From NCBI GenBank assembly GCA_036012755.1, contig DASCPX010000047.1, forward strand, positions 1-64,000: a DNA stretch of 64,000 nucleotides, read 5' to 3'. The stretch comes from Myxococcota bacterium (GTDB taxonomy: Bacteria > Myxococcota_A > UBA796 > CAJQPC01). This document shows, one piece after another, positions 32,523 through 42,441 of the stretch (position 1 is the first letter of the stretch; the number at the start of each line of letters is the position of its first letter). Under the pieces are notes generated by a model. The model was given only the letters and a program-made list of their open reading frames with translations. It was not told the origin of the DNA and searched no databases. A program made the translations under genes and the position numbers.

Positions 32523-33629
32523 CTAACCGCCCGCGGCGGCGAGGCGAGCTTCGGCCTTTGCCGCCCACTCTTCGCCGAGGCGCTCGCCGTAGGTCTGGTG
32601 CAGCTCGCGGGCCTGCTCCAGCGCCCCGTTGTGGAGCGCCCAGTCGAAGCGGCTCGGGATCTGCTGCTCGACGAGCACGTCCAGCTGCTCTTGCGCCGCC
32701 GTCGTCCACTCCGGGCCCATCTCGGAGGCCCAGGTCTCGACGACGCGCAGTCCATCGTCGAGGTCGCCCCGAGCCAGGGCCGTCTCGTAGGCGGCCTGGG
32801 CGTGCTCTTTGGCGGAGTTCCGGTACCCGGGTCCGCAGAAGTCGAGGACGGGGTCGATGTCCTCGCGGATCGCGATCCCCTCGTCGAGGTCGGCCTCGGC
32901 GAGGTCGTCACCGGCAGCTTCGCAGAGCGCCGAGGCCTGGACGGCGGCGGCCTCCGGGCAGGTGGAGGCGGCATAGCCGGCCAGGGCGTTGCGGTCGGTG
33001 CTCAGGGCCTGGTACTCGCTCGGCTCGGCCAGCTGCAGCGCCTGGCAGCGCCAGCCCTCTGCGACCTCGGAGTCGAGGTCGAAGGCCAGCAACAGGACAT
33101 CGACGGGGACGGTGCGCGGCGGGTCGACGAAGTGGACGGGCACGCCCTCCGCGCCGGCGAGTCCGCCCTCGAGGCCCAGGGCGATGTGGCTCACGTCGAC
33201 GCCATGGAAGTCGGCCAGGACCAGCGCCGCGCCGAGATCCTCCACGTCCGCTGCCAGCACGCCGCCGACGAGCTGCAGGGCCACCTCGGAGTCCGACAGC
33301 TCGACCGGGGCCTGGAAACCGAGGGTCAGCCGACGGTGATCCACGCCTCGCTTCGGCCCACGCAGGGGCAGGTCGTTCGTGGTCTGGACCACGAGGCGCC
33401 GCTCGGGGTCGGACTCGGACAGCGGCCTCCAGTCCGAACAGGGCACCCGAGCCTCGCCGATGCCGTCGTACCAGATGAAGTTCTGGATTCGCCAGGAGCA
33501 CACATCGCGCACCTGGCCCTGCAGTTCGATGCCGAAAGGGGTCACGTTGACGGTGGTGAGCTGGGCGTCCTGGGCTACCAGGGTGACGGTCTTGACCGCG
33601 AGGGCCGATGCGGACAACAGGTGGAGCAC
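32523..33629 (-). CDS. Exported hypothetical protein
   Basis: Short signal peptide, 368-aa ORF filling the gap in a minus-strand run. Confidence 0.65.
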   Translation of the reverse strand: MLHLLSASALAVKTVTLVAQDAQLTTVNVTPFGIELQGQVRDVCSWRIQNFIWYDGIGEARVPCSDWRPLSESDPERRLVVQTTNDLPLRGPKRGVDHRRLTLGFQAPVELSDSEVALQLVGGVLAADVEDLGAALVLADFHGVDVSHIALGLEGGLAGAEGVPVHFVDPPRTVPVDVLLLAFDLDSEVAEGWRCQALQLAEPSEYQALSTDRNALAGYAASTCPEAAAVQASALCEAAGDDLAEADLDEGIAIREDIDPVLDFCGPGYRNSAKEHAQAAYETALARGDLDDGLRVVETWASEMGPEWTTAAQEQLDVLVEQQIPSRFDWALHNGALEQARELHQTYGERLGEEWAAKAEARLAAAGG

Positions 33630-33651
33630 GCCCCCCGACTAACCGGGCCGG

Positions 33652-33939
33652 CTAGAGCGCCTCGAGGGAGAGTACGAAAGCGCGCCAGGCGATCACGGCC
33701 GTGGCGATGCCGAGGCCGAAGCACAGCCCGGTGAGGGAGCGCCCGATGATGCTCTTGATGTAGCCGTCGATGATGTCCCAGCGGCGCTCTGGCTCCACGT
33801 GGGGCACGACGCGGAGGTGGTGGGGGCGTCCACGCAGAGTCTCGTGCTGGGGCCTGCGGGTCTCGGCGAGAGTGTCCCGGTAGGCCAGCACGAGCTCTGG
33901 GGTGAGGGTCTCCGGGGGTCGTCTTCGGTGCGGGACCAT
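33652..33939 (-). CDS. Small membrane protein
   Basis: C-terminal TM helix; GGAG upstream. Confidence 0.5.
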   Translation of the reverse strand: MVPHRRRPPETLTPELVLAYRDTLAETRRPQHETLRGRPHHLRVVPHVEPERRWDIIDGYIKSIIGRSLTGLCFGLGIATAVIAWRAFVLSLEAL

Positions 33940-33991
33940 GCGTCTTCTCCGTGTTGCATGGCCCCTCGGATCCGAGGGAGATCCCCTTTAC

Positions 33992-35257
33992 TTACGACTC
34001 GCTCTCGATCTGCTTGGTGCCGCCCAGGTTGTTGGCGATCTGGGCGAGGTCGACGCCGATGCCGGCCTTCAGCTCCTCGACCAGGGTCACTGCGCTCGCC
34101 GCTCTACCGCCGCCGCCCTTTGGCAGCACCGTGATGCGGTCCACGCGCACGTCCTGGATGGTGCCGACCAGGGCGGTCATCACCTTCTCCAGCTTCTGCA
34201 TGAGGAAGATGTCGCGGGCGTTCTCTCCACCGTTCTGCCAGGTCTGGATCATCTCCTCCAGCACGGTCGCGCTGGCCTTTCCGTCCTCGATGATCTTGGC
34301 GGCCTTGGCCTTCGCGTCGGCCTGATCGGCTATCATCTGGGCGTGCGCGGGGGCCATGACGTCCGCCTGGAGACGACGGCGGGTCTGCTCGACGCGAGCT
34401 GACTGGGTCAGGAGCTCGGCCTGGGCCTTGGCGACGAGCGCCTCGACCTCGCCCTGTTCCTTGGCGACCAGGGCGCCGCGGCGGGTCTGGGCGTCCTTGA
34501 CGCGCTTGTCCGCCTCTGCCTCGGCGATCTGGACCTCGGCCTTGCACTCCGTGATGCGGGCCCACTGGCGGGCCTCCGCATCCTGGATCATGGCCATCGC
34601 CCTTGCCTCGGCCTCTGCGATCTTGGCCGTGCGGATGAGCTCGGCGGTGGTCTTTCGCCCGATGCTGTCGAGGTAACCGACCTCGTCGCTGACGTTCTGG
34701 ACCTTCAGCACGTCCAGGGTGAGCCCCAGCTTCGAGAGGTCGTGCTCGGCCTCGTCGAGCAGCTTCTCGGCGAAGGCGATCTTGTCTTCGTTGACCTCCT
34801 CCGGGGTGAGCTGGGAGAGCACGCCGCGGAGGTTGCCCTCCAGCGTGTCCTTGGCGACGGAGATGAGCTCCTTGCGAGGCCGGTCCAGGAAGCGCTCGAG
34901 GGCGTTTCCGAGGGCAGGCTGGTGGCCGGCGACCTTCAGGTTGGCGACTCCCTGGACGGTCAGGGGGATGCCGCCCTTGCTGTAGGCGCCGTGCACCTGC
35001 ACATCGACGGTCATGTTCGTGAGGTCCATGCGGGACACGGACTCCACCAGCGGCCACTTGATGCGCCTGCCGCCCTTGAGGAGCTCGTAGCCCTTCTTGC
35101 CGGCGGAGGGCTTGTAGTCACCCCCGGAGAAGACGAGGACCTCGTTGGGTCCGGCGATGTAGAGCAGGTTCTTCACGGTGAGCCAAAGGGCGATGCCACC
35201 GAAGAAGATGAAGGCCAGAACGACCATTACGGTCATGGTGATCGAGACGGGGTCCAT
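33992..35257 (-). CDS. Flotillin/SPFH protein
   Basis: N-terminal TM, AYSKGGIPL, LEGNLRG, TPEEVNED, AEA coiled coil. Confidence 0.93.
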   Translation of the reverse strand: MDPVSITMTVMVVLAFIFFGGIALWLTVKNLLYIAGPNEVLVFSGGDYKPSAGKKGYELLKGGRRIKWPLVESVSRMDLTNMTVDVQVHGAYSKGGIPLTVQGVANLKVAGHQPALGNALERFLDRPRKELISVAKDTLEGNLRGVLSQLTPEEVNEDKIAFAEKLLDEAEHDLSKLGLTLDVLKVQNVSDEVGYLDSIGRKTTAELIRTAKIAEAEARAMAMIQDAEARQWARITECKAEVQIAEAEADKRVKDAQTRRGALVAKEQGEVEALVAKAQAELLTQSARVEQTRRRLQADVMAPAHAQMIADQADAKAKAAKIIEDGKASATVLEEMIQTWQNGGENARDIFLMQKLEKVMTALVGTIQDVRVDRITVLPKGGGGRAASAVTLVEELKAGIGVDLAQIANNLGGTKQIESES

Positions 35258-36556
35258 CTAGTTGTCCTCCTTTTCGTCGCTGTCTGTGGTGGCGTCGATG
35301 CCTGGGGTCGCCAGGATTCCGACCACGTCGACGCCCGTGGACTTGTGGAGCTCTCCGAGGATCCCGGAGACCATCGCCGGGTAGCTGGAGACGTGCGCTG
35401 GCAGCGCTGTCCCGCCTCCGTCGTCGAGCAGCGTGACCTCGTCGACCTCGATGGCGTTGACCTTCTCCACGACGGTCTCGAGCACCGTCTCGAGGTTCTG
35501 GATGAGGAAGATGTCCTTTGCGTCGTCCCCGGCCTTGTTCCAGGCGTCGGTCATCAGCTGGAGCACCTCCGCGGAGGCGCGCCCGGACTGCTCGGCGTAG
35601 GCCGCGTTTCCGCGGGCCCGCAGGGTCTCGGCTTCCTGGGCCGCCTGGGCGGGGAGGACCACGTCGGCCATGAGCCGGAGCTCCTCGAGCTGCTTCCTGA
35701 TCTCCTGGAGCTCCAGCTCGGCTTCGGCCCGGGCCAGGAGCGCCGCCTGGGCGGTGCGCTCGTCCTCTGAGTTGGCCTTCGCGTCGAACTCGGCCTTGGC
35801 CTGGGCGACGCCGTTCTTGGCCTGGATGATGGCGGCCTGCGACTTCTGGCTGGCGACCTCGCCGGCCTGGCGGGCCTTCGCCTCGGCCTGCTCGGCCTCT
35901 GAGAGGTTGTTGGCCTCTGCCACCTTCGCGTCCCGGAGCACATCGGCGATGGACTTTCGGCCGATGCTGTTGAGGTAGTTCACGTCGTCGGTGACGGACT
36001 GGATCTTCAGCGTGTCGAGCTGCAGTCCCAGGCGGCGGAAGTCCTCGTCGGACTCGCCGGTCAGCTCCTCGGCGAAGCGCAGCCGGTCTTCGTTGACCTC
36101 CTCTGGGGTGAGCCCGGCCAGGACGCCGCGGAGGTGACCTTCGAGGGTCTCCTTGGCGACCCGCTTGATCTCGCTGGGGTCACGACCGAGGAAGCGCTCG
36201 ATGGCGTTCCCGATGATGGCCGGGTTCTTGGAGACCTTGCAGTTGGCGATCGCGTGCACGTTCAGCGGGATGCCGCCCTTGCTGTAGGCGTTGGTGGTCC
36301 GGATGTCGATCGCGATGTTCCGGACGTCCATGCGCTCGACGCGCTCGACGATCGGCGTGCGCCAGGCCATGCCACCGAAGATGATGCGGAAGCCCACCTT
36401 GGTGCCGTCCGCGAGCTTGCGCTGCTTGCCGGAGAACACGAGGATCTCGTTCGGTTCACAGATGTGGAGCAGGCTCTTCGCCACACCGGCGATGAGTCCG
36501 AGCACCGCTACGGCGGCGATGGAGCCGCAGAGAAGCGCCGACAGGCCTTCGATCAT
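35258..36556 (-). CDS. Flotillin/SPFH protein (paralog)
   Basis: Same motifs as neighbour. Confidence 0.93.
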   Translation of the reverse strand: MIEGLSALLCGSIAAVAVLGLIAGVAKSLLHICEPNEILVFSGKQRKLADGTKVGFRIIFGGMAWRTPIVERVERMDVRNIAIDIRTTNAYSKGGIPLNVHAIANCKVSKNPAIIGNAIERFLGRDPSEIKRVAKETLEGHLRGVLAGLTPEEVNEDRLRFAEELTGESDEDFRRLGLQLDTLKIQSVTDDVNYLNSIGRKSIADVLRDAKVAEANNLSEAEQAEAKARQAGEVASQKSQAAIIQAKNGVAQAKAEFDAKANSEDERTAQAALLARAEAELELQEIRKQLEELRLMADVVLPAQAAQEAETLRARGNAAYAEQSGRASAEVLQLMTDAWNKAGDDAKDIFLIQNLETVLETVVEKVNAIEVDEVTLLDDGGGTALPAHVSSYPAMVSGILGELHKSTGVDVVGILATPGIDATTDSDEKEDN

Positions 36557-36574
36557 GGGAAACCTCGGTTTCGG

Positions 36575-37264
36575 TCAGTTGCTCTTCTTCGTGGGCATCG
36601 CCGTGACTTCGGCGATCCCGTCCTCGATGCGTACGACGAGCACCCTGGCTCCTCGCGGGATCTCTCCTTCCGTCGTCGTCGCCAGCAGCTCGACGTCGGT
36701 TCCGCCCATGCGAAGCCGGATCTTGCCGGTCCTCTCGGGCGCCAGCGCGATGACGACGTCCGCGAGCTCGCCGGTGAGGCGGCGGGAGTCGGTCAAGGTG
36801 CGCACGGTGTTCTTCTTGAGCTTGCGGAAGACCGCCGCTGCGCCGTAGCCAATGAAGAAGCCGGTGGGCACGGCGACCCCGGCGACCGCGATGGTTCCCA
36901 GGGCGCCGATGGCGGTGAGCGCCGCTCCGACACCACCAAAGCTGGCCAGGAAGAAGGTCCAGTAGCGGAAGGAGAGGAAGGGGTTGAAGATCAGCGCGTC
37001 CGCAGCGTGTCCGACGTCGCCTTTGACCAGAGCCAGGTCCTTGTCGACCTCTGCGTCTCCATCGGCGTCCGCGTCTGCGTCTGCGTCTGCGTCGATGTCC
37101 GCGTCGGCGTCTGCGTCTGCGTCGATGTCCGCGTCGGCGTCGGCGTCGGCGTCGAGATCGAGGTCGATGTCCTTGTCAGCGTCGAAGTCCTTGCCTCCGA
37201 GCACGATGGAGGCTCCGATCAGGACACTTCCGAAGGCGAAGGCTGCGAGGTATGCGGTGAGCAT
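36575..37264 (-). CDS. NfeD-like membrane protein with Asp-Ala repeat
   Basis: TM segments, (DA)n tract, C-terminal OB-like GARVLVV; upstream of flotillins. Confidence 0.85.
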   Translation of the reverse strand: MLTAYLAAFAFGSVLIGASIVLGGKDFDADKDIDLDLDADADADADIDADADADADIDADADADADADGDAEVDKDLALVKGDVGHAADALIFNPFLSFRYWTFFLASFGGVGAALTAIGALGTIAVAGVAVPTGFFIGYGAAAVFRKLKKNTVRTLTDSRRLTGELADVVIALAPERTGKIRLRMGGTDVELLATTTEGEIPRGARVLVVRIEDGIAEVTAMPTKKSN

Positions 37265-37343
37265 CAGGGGGTGCTGGTGATACGGGGTTTTCGCGCTGGC
37301 ATTTCACTGTGCCCTAACCGGGCCTGGGCGCTCTGAGGTCCTG

Positions 37344-39695
37344 ATGCTTGCCCTCTTTTTCCTCTCAGCTTGTTGCCGCGACGAGGCCCCGCCGATCCTC
37401 GCGTCCCTGGACCCGCTGGTCGCCGAGGAAGGTGTGGTCATCGAGGTTCCGATCTCGGAGCTGGTCCTCGACGGCGAGGACGTCGAGTTCGAGCTGTCCG
37501 CGGATCGCGAGCTGTCCGCGGCGGTCGACGGAGACCTGCTGCGGATCGTGCCCGACGTCGGCTGGACCGGCGAGGCGAGCGTGGTCGTCACCGCCACCGA
37601 TGGCTGCGGAGATGCAGCTGTCACCGAGCTGATCGTGCAGGTCGGCAGCGAGTACACCTCGGCGGGCCCCTGCGAGACGGTCTTCGAATACTCGGGCTCG
37701 GCGCAGTCGGTCTACGTCGCGGGCGAGTTCAACGGCTGGGACCCCAGCGCGACACCGCTGGAGCAGGACGGTGGGGTGTGGCGGGCCTCGCTGGAGCTCG
37801 CAGCGGGGGCGTGGCCATACAAGCTCGTCGTCGACGGCAGCTGGCAGTGCGACCCGAGCGCAGAGGCCATGCAGTGCGACGAAGGCTACAGCTGGGACCC
37901 CGACTGCTCCGGCGGCGACTCCTGCAACTCGATGGTCATCGTGCCCGACTGCGAGCAGCCCAGGCTCGTGCTGGAGGAGCTCGACCACGGTGACGGCCGG
38001 GTCGAGCTCTCGGTCTCCTTCCTGCCGGCCACCAGCGGCGCCCAGCTCGAGTCCGCGTCGGTGAGGGTCAACGGGGTCGAGCTCGCCGATGAGCTGGGCG
38101 AGCTCTCCATCTCCCTCGACGAGCCCATCCGGTACACCATCCGAGTCGGCGCCACCGACGCGGAGGGCCAGGAGGCCGAGGAGCTCTACATCCCGCTGTG
38201 GAACGACGACCGCGACTGGGAGTCGGGGCTGATGTACTACGCCTTCGTCGACCGCTTCGCCGACGGGGACGCGACCATCAACGGCCTGGAGGGCACGAAC
38301 CACTGGGAGACGGACTACTTCGGCGGCGACTGGCAGGGCGTCATCGACAAGCTCGACTACCTCGACGAGCTCGGGGTCACCGTCATCTGGCTGACGGCCC
38401 CCCAGGACAACGGCCAGGGGGCCTGGGGCGACCAGTGCAGCGCCGACTACAGCGGGTACCACGGCTACTGGCCCTCTGACGCCTTCGCTCCAGAGGAGCA
38501 CTTCGGCGACGAGGACAAGCTCCGCGAGCTCATCGACGAGGCCCACTCACGCAACATGCGGGTGCTCACGGACTGGGTCGCCAACCACGTCCACGAGGAC
38601 CACCCCTACGCGACGGAGCACCCCGAGTGGTTCAACGGCTACCTCATCTGCGAGGGCGACGTCTGGAACACCGATCCGGAGACCTGCTGGTTCGACGACT
38701 TCCTGCCGGACATCGCCTACTACCAGACCGATCCGCTGGTGCAGATGGTCGACGACGCTGTCTGGTGGGTGAAGGAGTACGAGCTCGACGGCTACCGTGT
38801 GGACGCCGTGAAGCACATGCCGCACTCCGTGTTCTTCAACTTCCAGTCCCGCGTCCGCGCGGAGATCGAGCACAGCGACGTCGGCGGGGTCGAGGACTTC
38901 TACACCGTCGGCGAGACCTTCAGCGGTGACCGGGACCTCATCGGCTCCTACGTGAACGCCCAGGAGCTCGACGCCCAGTTCGACTTCACGCTGTACTGGT
39001 CGATCCTGTCTGCGTTCGCGCGTGACGAGGCCTCGCTCCTGGAGTTGGAGGGGACCTTCGAAGACAGCGAGTCGGCGTACGCGGGCTTCACCATGTCGAC
39101 CTTCCTGGGCAACCACGACGTCGAGCGCTTCATCGCTCACGCCTCTGGAGAGGTGGGGAGCCTCTACGGCGACGGCGCCTGTCCGGAGGGCTGGATCCGA
39201 GGCCCCGACGAGGCCCCCGAGTGGGACGAGCCCTACCTGCGCCTGAAGCTGGCGTGGACCTGGCTCTTGACCCACGAGGGCCTCCCGCTCGTGTACTACG
39301 GCGACGAGATCGGCATCCCTGGCTACCACGACCCCGACAACCGCCAGATGATGCGCTTCGACGACGAGCTGTCCTGGCGCGAGTCCGACGTGCACGACCA
39401 CGTGGTGTCCCTGGGCCAGGCGCGGCTGGAGCACTCGGCGCTGTGGACCGGGTCACGCACGCGCTGGTGGGAGGAGGACAGCGTGCTGGCGTGGGCCCGG
39501 GTCGACGGGGACAGCTCGGCGCTGGTGGTGATCAACCGCTCCTGGGACGACCGGACCCTGGACAACGGGCTGTCCTTTGCCGGTCTGTCCGATGGCACCT
39601 ACACCGACGTGCTCACGGGCGAGACCTTCGTGGGCAGCGGGGACTCGCTCTCCGTCAACGTCCCGGCGATGAGCTCGAGGGTGCTCGTTCGGTAG
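37344..39695 (+). CDS. GH13 alpha-amylase-family lipoprotein with CBM48-like domain
   Basis: VYVAGEFNGW; YHGYW, GYRVDAVKH, GETF, FLGNHD. Confidence 0.92.
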   Translation: MLALFFLSACCRDEAPPILASLDPLVAEEGVVIEVPISELVLDGEDVEFELSADRELSAAVDGDLLRIVPDVGWTGEASVVVTATDGCGDAAVTELIVQVGSEYTSAGPCETVFEYSGSAQSVYVAGEFNGWDPSATPLEQDGGVWRASLELAAGAWPYKLVVDGSWQCDPSAEAMQCDEGYSWDPDCSGGDSCNSMVIVPDCEQPRLVLEELDHGDGRVELSVSFLPATSGAQLESASVRVNGVELADELGELSISLDEPIRYTIRVGATDAEGQEAEELYIPLWNDDRDWESGLMYYAFVDRFADGDATINGLEGTNHWETDYFGGDWQGVIDKLDYLDELGVTVIWLTAPQDNGQGAWGDQCSADYSGYHGYWPSDAFAPEEHFGDEDKLRELIDEAHSRNMRVLTDWVANHVHEDHPYATEHPEWFNGYLICEGDVWNTDPETCWFDDFLPDIAYYQTDPLVQMVDDAVWWVKEYELDGYRVDAVKHMPHSVFFNFQSRVRAEIEHSDVGGVEDFYTVGETFSGDRDLIGSYVNAQELDAQFDFTLYWSILSAFARDEASLLELEGTFEDSESAYAGFTMSTFLGNHDVERFIAHASGEVGSLYGDGACPEGWIRGPDEAPEWDEPYLRLKLAWTWLLTHEGLPLVYYGDEIGIPGYHDPDNRQMMRFDDELSWRESDVHDHVVSLGQARLEHSALWTGSRTRWWEEDSVLAWARVDGDSSALVVINRSWDDRTLDNGLSFAGLSDGTYTDVLTGETFVGSGDSLSVNVPAMSSRVLVR

Positions 39696-39915
39696 GGACG
39701 CGTACTCGGCTGGCGAACGGTGTATGAAATACACTGACAAGAAATGTGCGATTATCGTCGCCTTGGGGTTGCGGCCCGGCTGATCGGTGCGCAACCTGAT
39801 GACAGGACGACAACGCCGTCAACGCCCTCCGGAGGCGGCTTTGCACCAGAATTGCAGGGATCGTGTGAACAAGAGTCACGCCTCTGGTGTCCGTGCCTGT
39901 AGGAGGATGCATACA

Positions 39916-40245
39916 GTGAACGCCTACGCCATCGAGCCCGTGCCGCCGCGTGTGGAGCTTGCCGAACTGAGGCATGAGCTGGTGGAGTTGGCTGGTCGTC
40001 TCTACCTGGAGCTGTCCGACTCAGAGCTGGTCTGGGCTGGAACCACACTCCACCGCTTGCTCGAGCCAAAGGTCCTCGAGCAGGGGCTCGACGACTGGGT
40101 CGTGCGCGCTGCACTCGTTCTTCTGGTCGAAGGGTGCACTCGTATCGGCCTCGTCGGCCCCACCATCAGCGCGCCGACGCGCTCTCTCGAGCTGCTCGAT
40201 CAGCTCGATCAACCTCCGGATCGGAGGTCCCGCTACGGCGGGTGA
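39916..40245 (+). CDS. Small hypothetical protein
   Basis: AGGAGG at 39901-39906, 9 nt before GTG. Confidence 0.55.
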   Translation: MNAYAIEPVPPRVELAELRHELVELAGRLYLELSDSELVWAGTTLHRLLEPKVLEQGLDDWVVRAALVLLVEGCTRIGLVGPTISAPTRSLELLDQLDQPPDRRSRYGG

Positions 40246-40246
40246 G

Positions 40247-40331
40247 ATACGGCCGGTGCGGCCCGGGAGCTTGTTGTCCAACGACAACTCTCTTCCCTCC
40301 CACCTTCGCTCCCGGGTCGCACCGACCGTAT
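40247..40331. repeat. 24-bp imperfect inverted repeat (22/24) with 37-nt spacer
   Basis: ATACGGCCGGTGCGGCCCGGGAGC ... GCTCCCGGGTCGCACCGACCGTAT between convergent genes. Confidence 0.85.
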
Positions 40332-40334
40332 TGT

Positions 40335-40880
40335 CTAGAAGCGATGGCCGACGCCGTAGATCACGGCGAGGGTGTCCTCGCGGAAGGCATAGGCGCCGCC
40401 TACGTACATCGTGAAGCCCGCGTAGGTGGACATGTTGAGCTTCACGGCGGCCATCGGGAAGAACTGGTCGCCGGCGGTGCTGCGGAAGGTGCGGCCAGCG
40501 AGCCCGGCGACCTGGGGCTTGAAGAAGGCGGACTCGCTGAGCTGGAGGACGGCGGGAGCCCACGCAGCCCCGGCGGCGATGGCTCCTGCGCTGTGCTCCT
40601 CGACGATGTCGCCGTCAACGAGGTGGCGGATGGGCGTCTGAGGCACGTTCACCAGGCCCACGATGCTGACGCGCGGCCTCCAGAGGTACTCGCCGAGGAA
40701 GAGTGAGCCCTGGACCGGCAGGATCCGCTCCTCGTCCTGTCCGTACAGCGCCTGGTCGACGATGACCATGGACTGGCCGAAGGTGAACTCGAGGCGATCG
40801 GCCAGGAGGAAGGTCTTCTCAGGTGCCGGCTCGTCTTGGGGCGGCTCGGCGGCGAGGGAGAGTGACACGAGCAGCAGCAT
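40335..40880 (-). CDS. Putative small outer-membrane beta-barrel protein
   Basis: Short signal peptide; ends YGVGHRF. Confidence 0.65.
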   Translation of the reverse strand: MLLLVSLSLAAEPPQDEPAPEKTFLLADRLEFTFGQSMVIVDQALYGQDEERILPVQGSLFLGEYLWRPRVSIVGLVNVPQTPIRHLVDGDIVEEHSAGAIAAGAAWAPAVLQLSESAFFKPQVAGLAGRTFRSTAGDQFFPMAAVKLNMSTYAGFTMYVGGAYAFREDTLAVIYGVGHRF

Positions 40881-40887
40881 GGTGGCC

Positions 40888-42440
40888 TCACAGGATGGCG
40901 TCGCCGGCTGGTTCCAGGGACGCGGTTCCGATCACTCGATAGCCCCGGCTGCCCAACCACGGAAGGGGGCCGGCCCCCGGGAGCACCAGCGGCTTCCTGG
41001 GTTCCAGCGCCTTGCGGACCTCGGCGAGCCGGATGGAGTCGACCTGCAGCCGGGTCCGCACCAGGCCGTCGAGGTAGGTGCCGCCCGAGAAGTCGTGGAC
41101 CACGCGATGACCGATCAGGTTCATGCCGAAGCCCGCCTCGACGATGTCCGCGAGGCTCGAGGTTCCCGCGTCGAGGAATGCGGGACCGGCGACGTTGAAG
41201 ATCTCGCTGAAGATCCCATCCGACCAGTGGTCCTCCTCCAACGACTCCCAGCCGACGTCGAAGAGCTGTGCGCCCCGCCGCATCCGCACTCGACCCTCTC
41301 GCCAGTCCACGGGCCCCCAGGTCTTCGGGTAGCCGTAGATCTCGCGGCCGACGCAGAGGGCCTGCTGGTTGTTCGGCTGGATCTGCTGGAAGTAGAGGTA
41401 GCGGGCGCAGCCGACGAGCGCCGGCCGGAGTAGCGCGACCTCCATGTACTCGGTGCCGTCGAGGTCCCGGACGCGCTTGTGGCCGAAGTCCGCGTAGCGC
41501 GAAAGGTAGAGGTAGCCGAGGGTCCAGGGAAACCTCAGGATGTTGCGGGCGCCGGGCGGGATGTTCACGACCCGCGTGAAGCAGACCGGGACCAAGACGA
41601 TCTCGACCTCTCGGGCTTCGTAGGGCCCCGGGAGGAGCTCCCGGCCGCCGATGAACAGCTGGGAGGTGGACATCTCCGCGGCCTGGGCGAGTCGCTCGAA
41701 GCTGTCGACCTCTGCGGCGCTCCAGGCGTCGAGGGCTCTTGCGAAGGCCGGGTGTTGCTGCGAGGCAGCGAGCAGATCTGCTGGCGCGATTGGTTGGAGC
41801 CGGCTGGCCCGGGCGCAACGCGCCGTGACCCGTCGGAGGTTGGTGGGCGGCGCGGAATCGCAAGCCATGGCCACCGACGATGTTGGAGTCCGCGACCCAT
41901 GGCCGCTCGAAGCGGAAGGCGACGCCGTCGATGTTCTCCAGCTTGCGGAGGCCGGTCAACGCGCCCAGTCCGAGGTCGCCGACGACCACCTCGTAGCCGC
42001 CGCTGAGGTCGAGCAGGTGGTGACGACCGTGCACGACCGGCCAGCCGAGGACCTCGCGCAGCCAGGTCGTGGTGTACAGCTCGTCGCACCAGGAGCTGAG
42101 CAGCCACCCGGCTGGATCGCCGTCAGCCAGCACCACCGGTGCGATGAGCATCGTCAGGCTGACCGCTCGTCCCGAGATGTCCAGCTTCCGCGACCAGCAA
42201 CCAGCCGTCCTCGGCGACGTCCCCCTTCGTCCAGGTCTGGAGCAGCGCCTCGTCGCGCCACTCGGACACCTGGCCGCTGTGGATGAGGTAGGCGTGGCGT
42301 GCCGTGTCCCCGACCACGAAGAGGGTGTGGCCCGGAGGCAGGTCGACCACGACGGCGTGGTCTTCCAGGATCTCGCGGACCCGGAGGGGGACGGGGTTGC
42401 TCAGCGCGAAGAGGGCGTCCAGGGTGGCGCCGATGTCCAT
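40888..42440 (-). pseudogene. Disrupted cNMP-binding / acetoacetate-decarboxylase-fold protein in three frames
   Basis: cNMP N-half (42440 to ~42190), Adc-like fragment LREVLGWP in a second frame, cNMP C-half plus Adc domain GREIYGYPK in a third. Confidence 0.6.
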
Positions 42441-42441
42441 C

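Noticed and set aside
32513..32974. Long N-terminal extensions in the ORF track (hflX, moxR, batA, batE, histidine kinase, STAND kinase, 49885-51252)
   Set aside because: Extensions overlap neighbouring genes and are low-complexity; starts reassigned to the family-typical Met
33963..33978. Perfect palindrome CCCTCGGATCCGAGGG downstream of the flotillins
   Set aside because: Single GC-rich occurrence, no U-tract or second copy; insufficient support for a function
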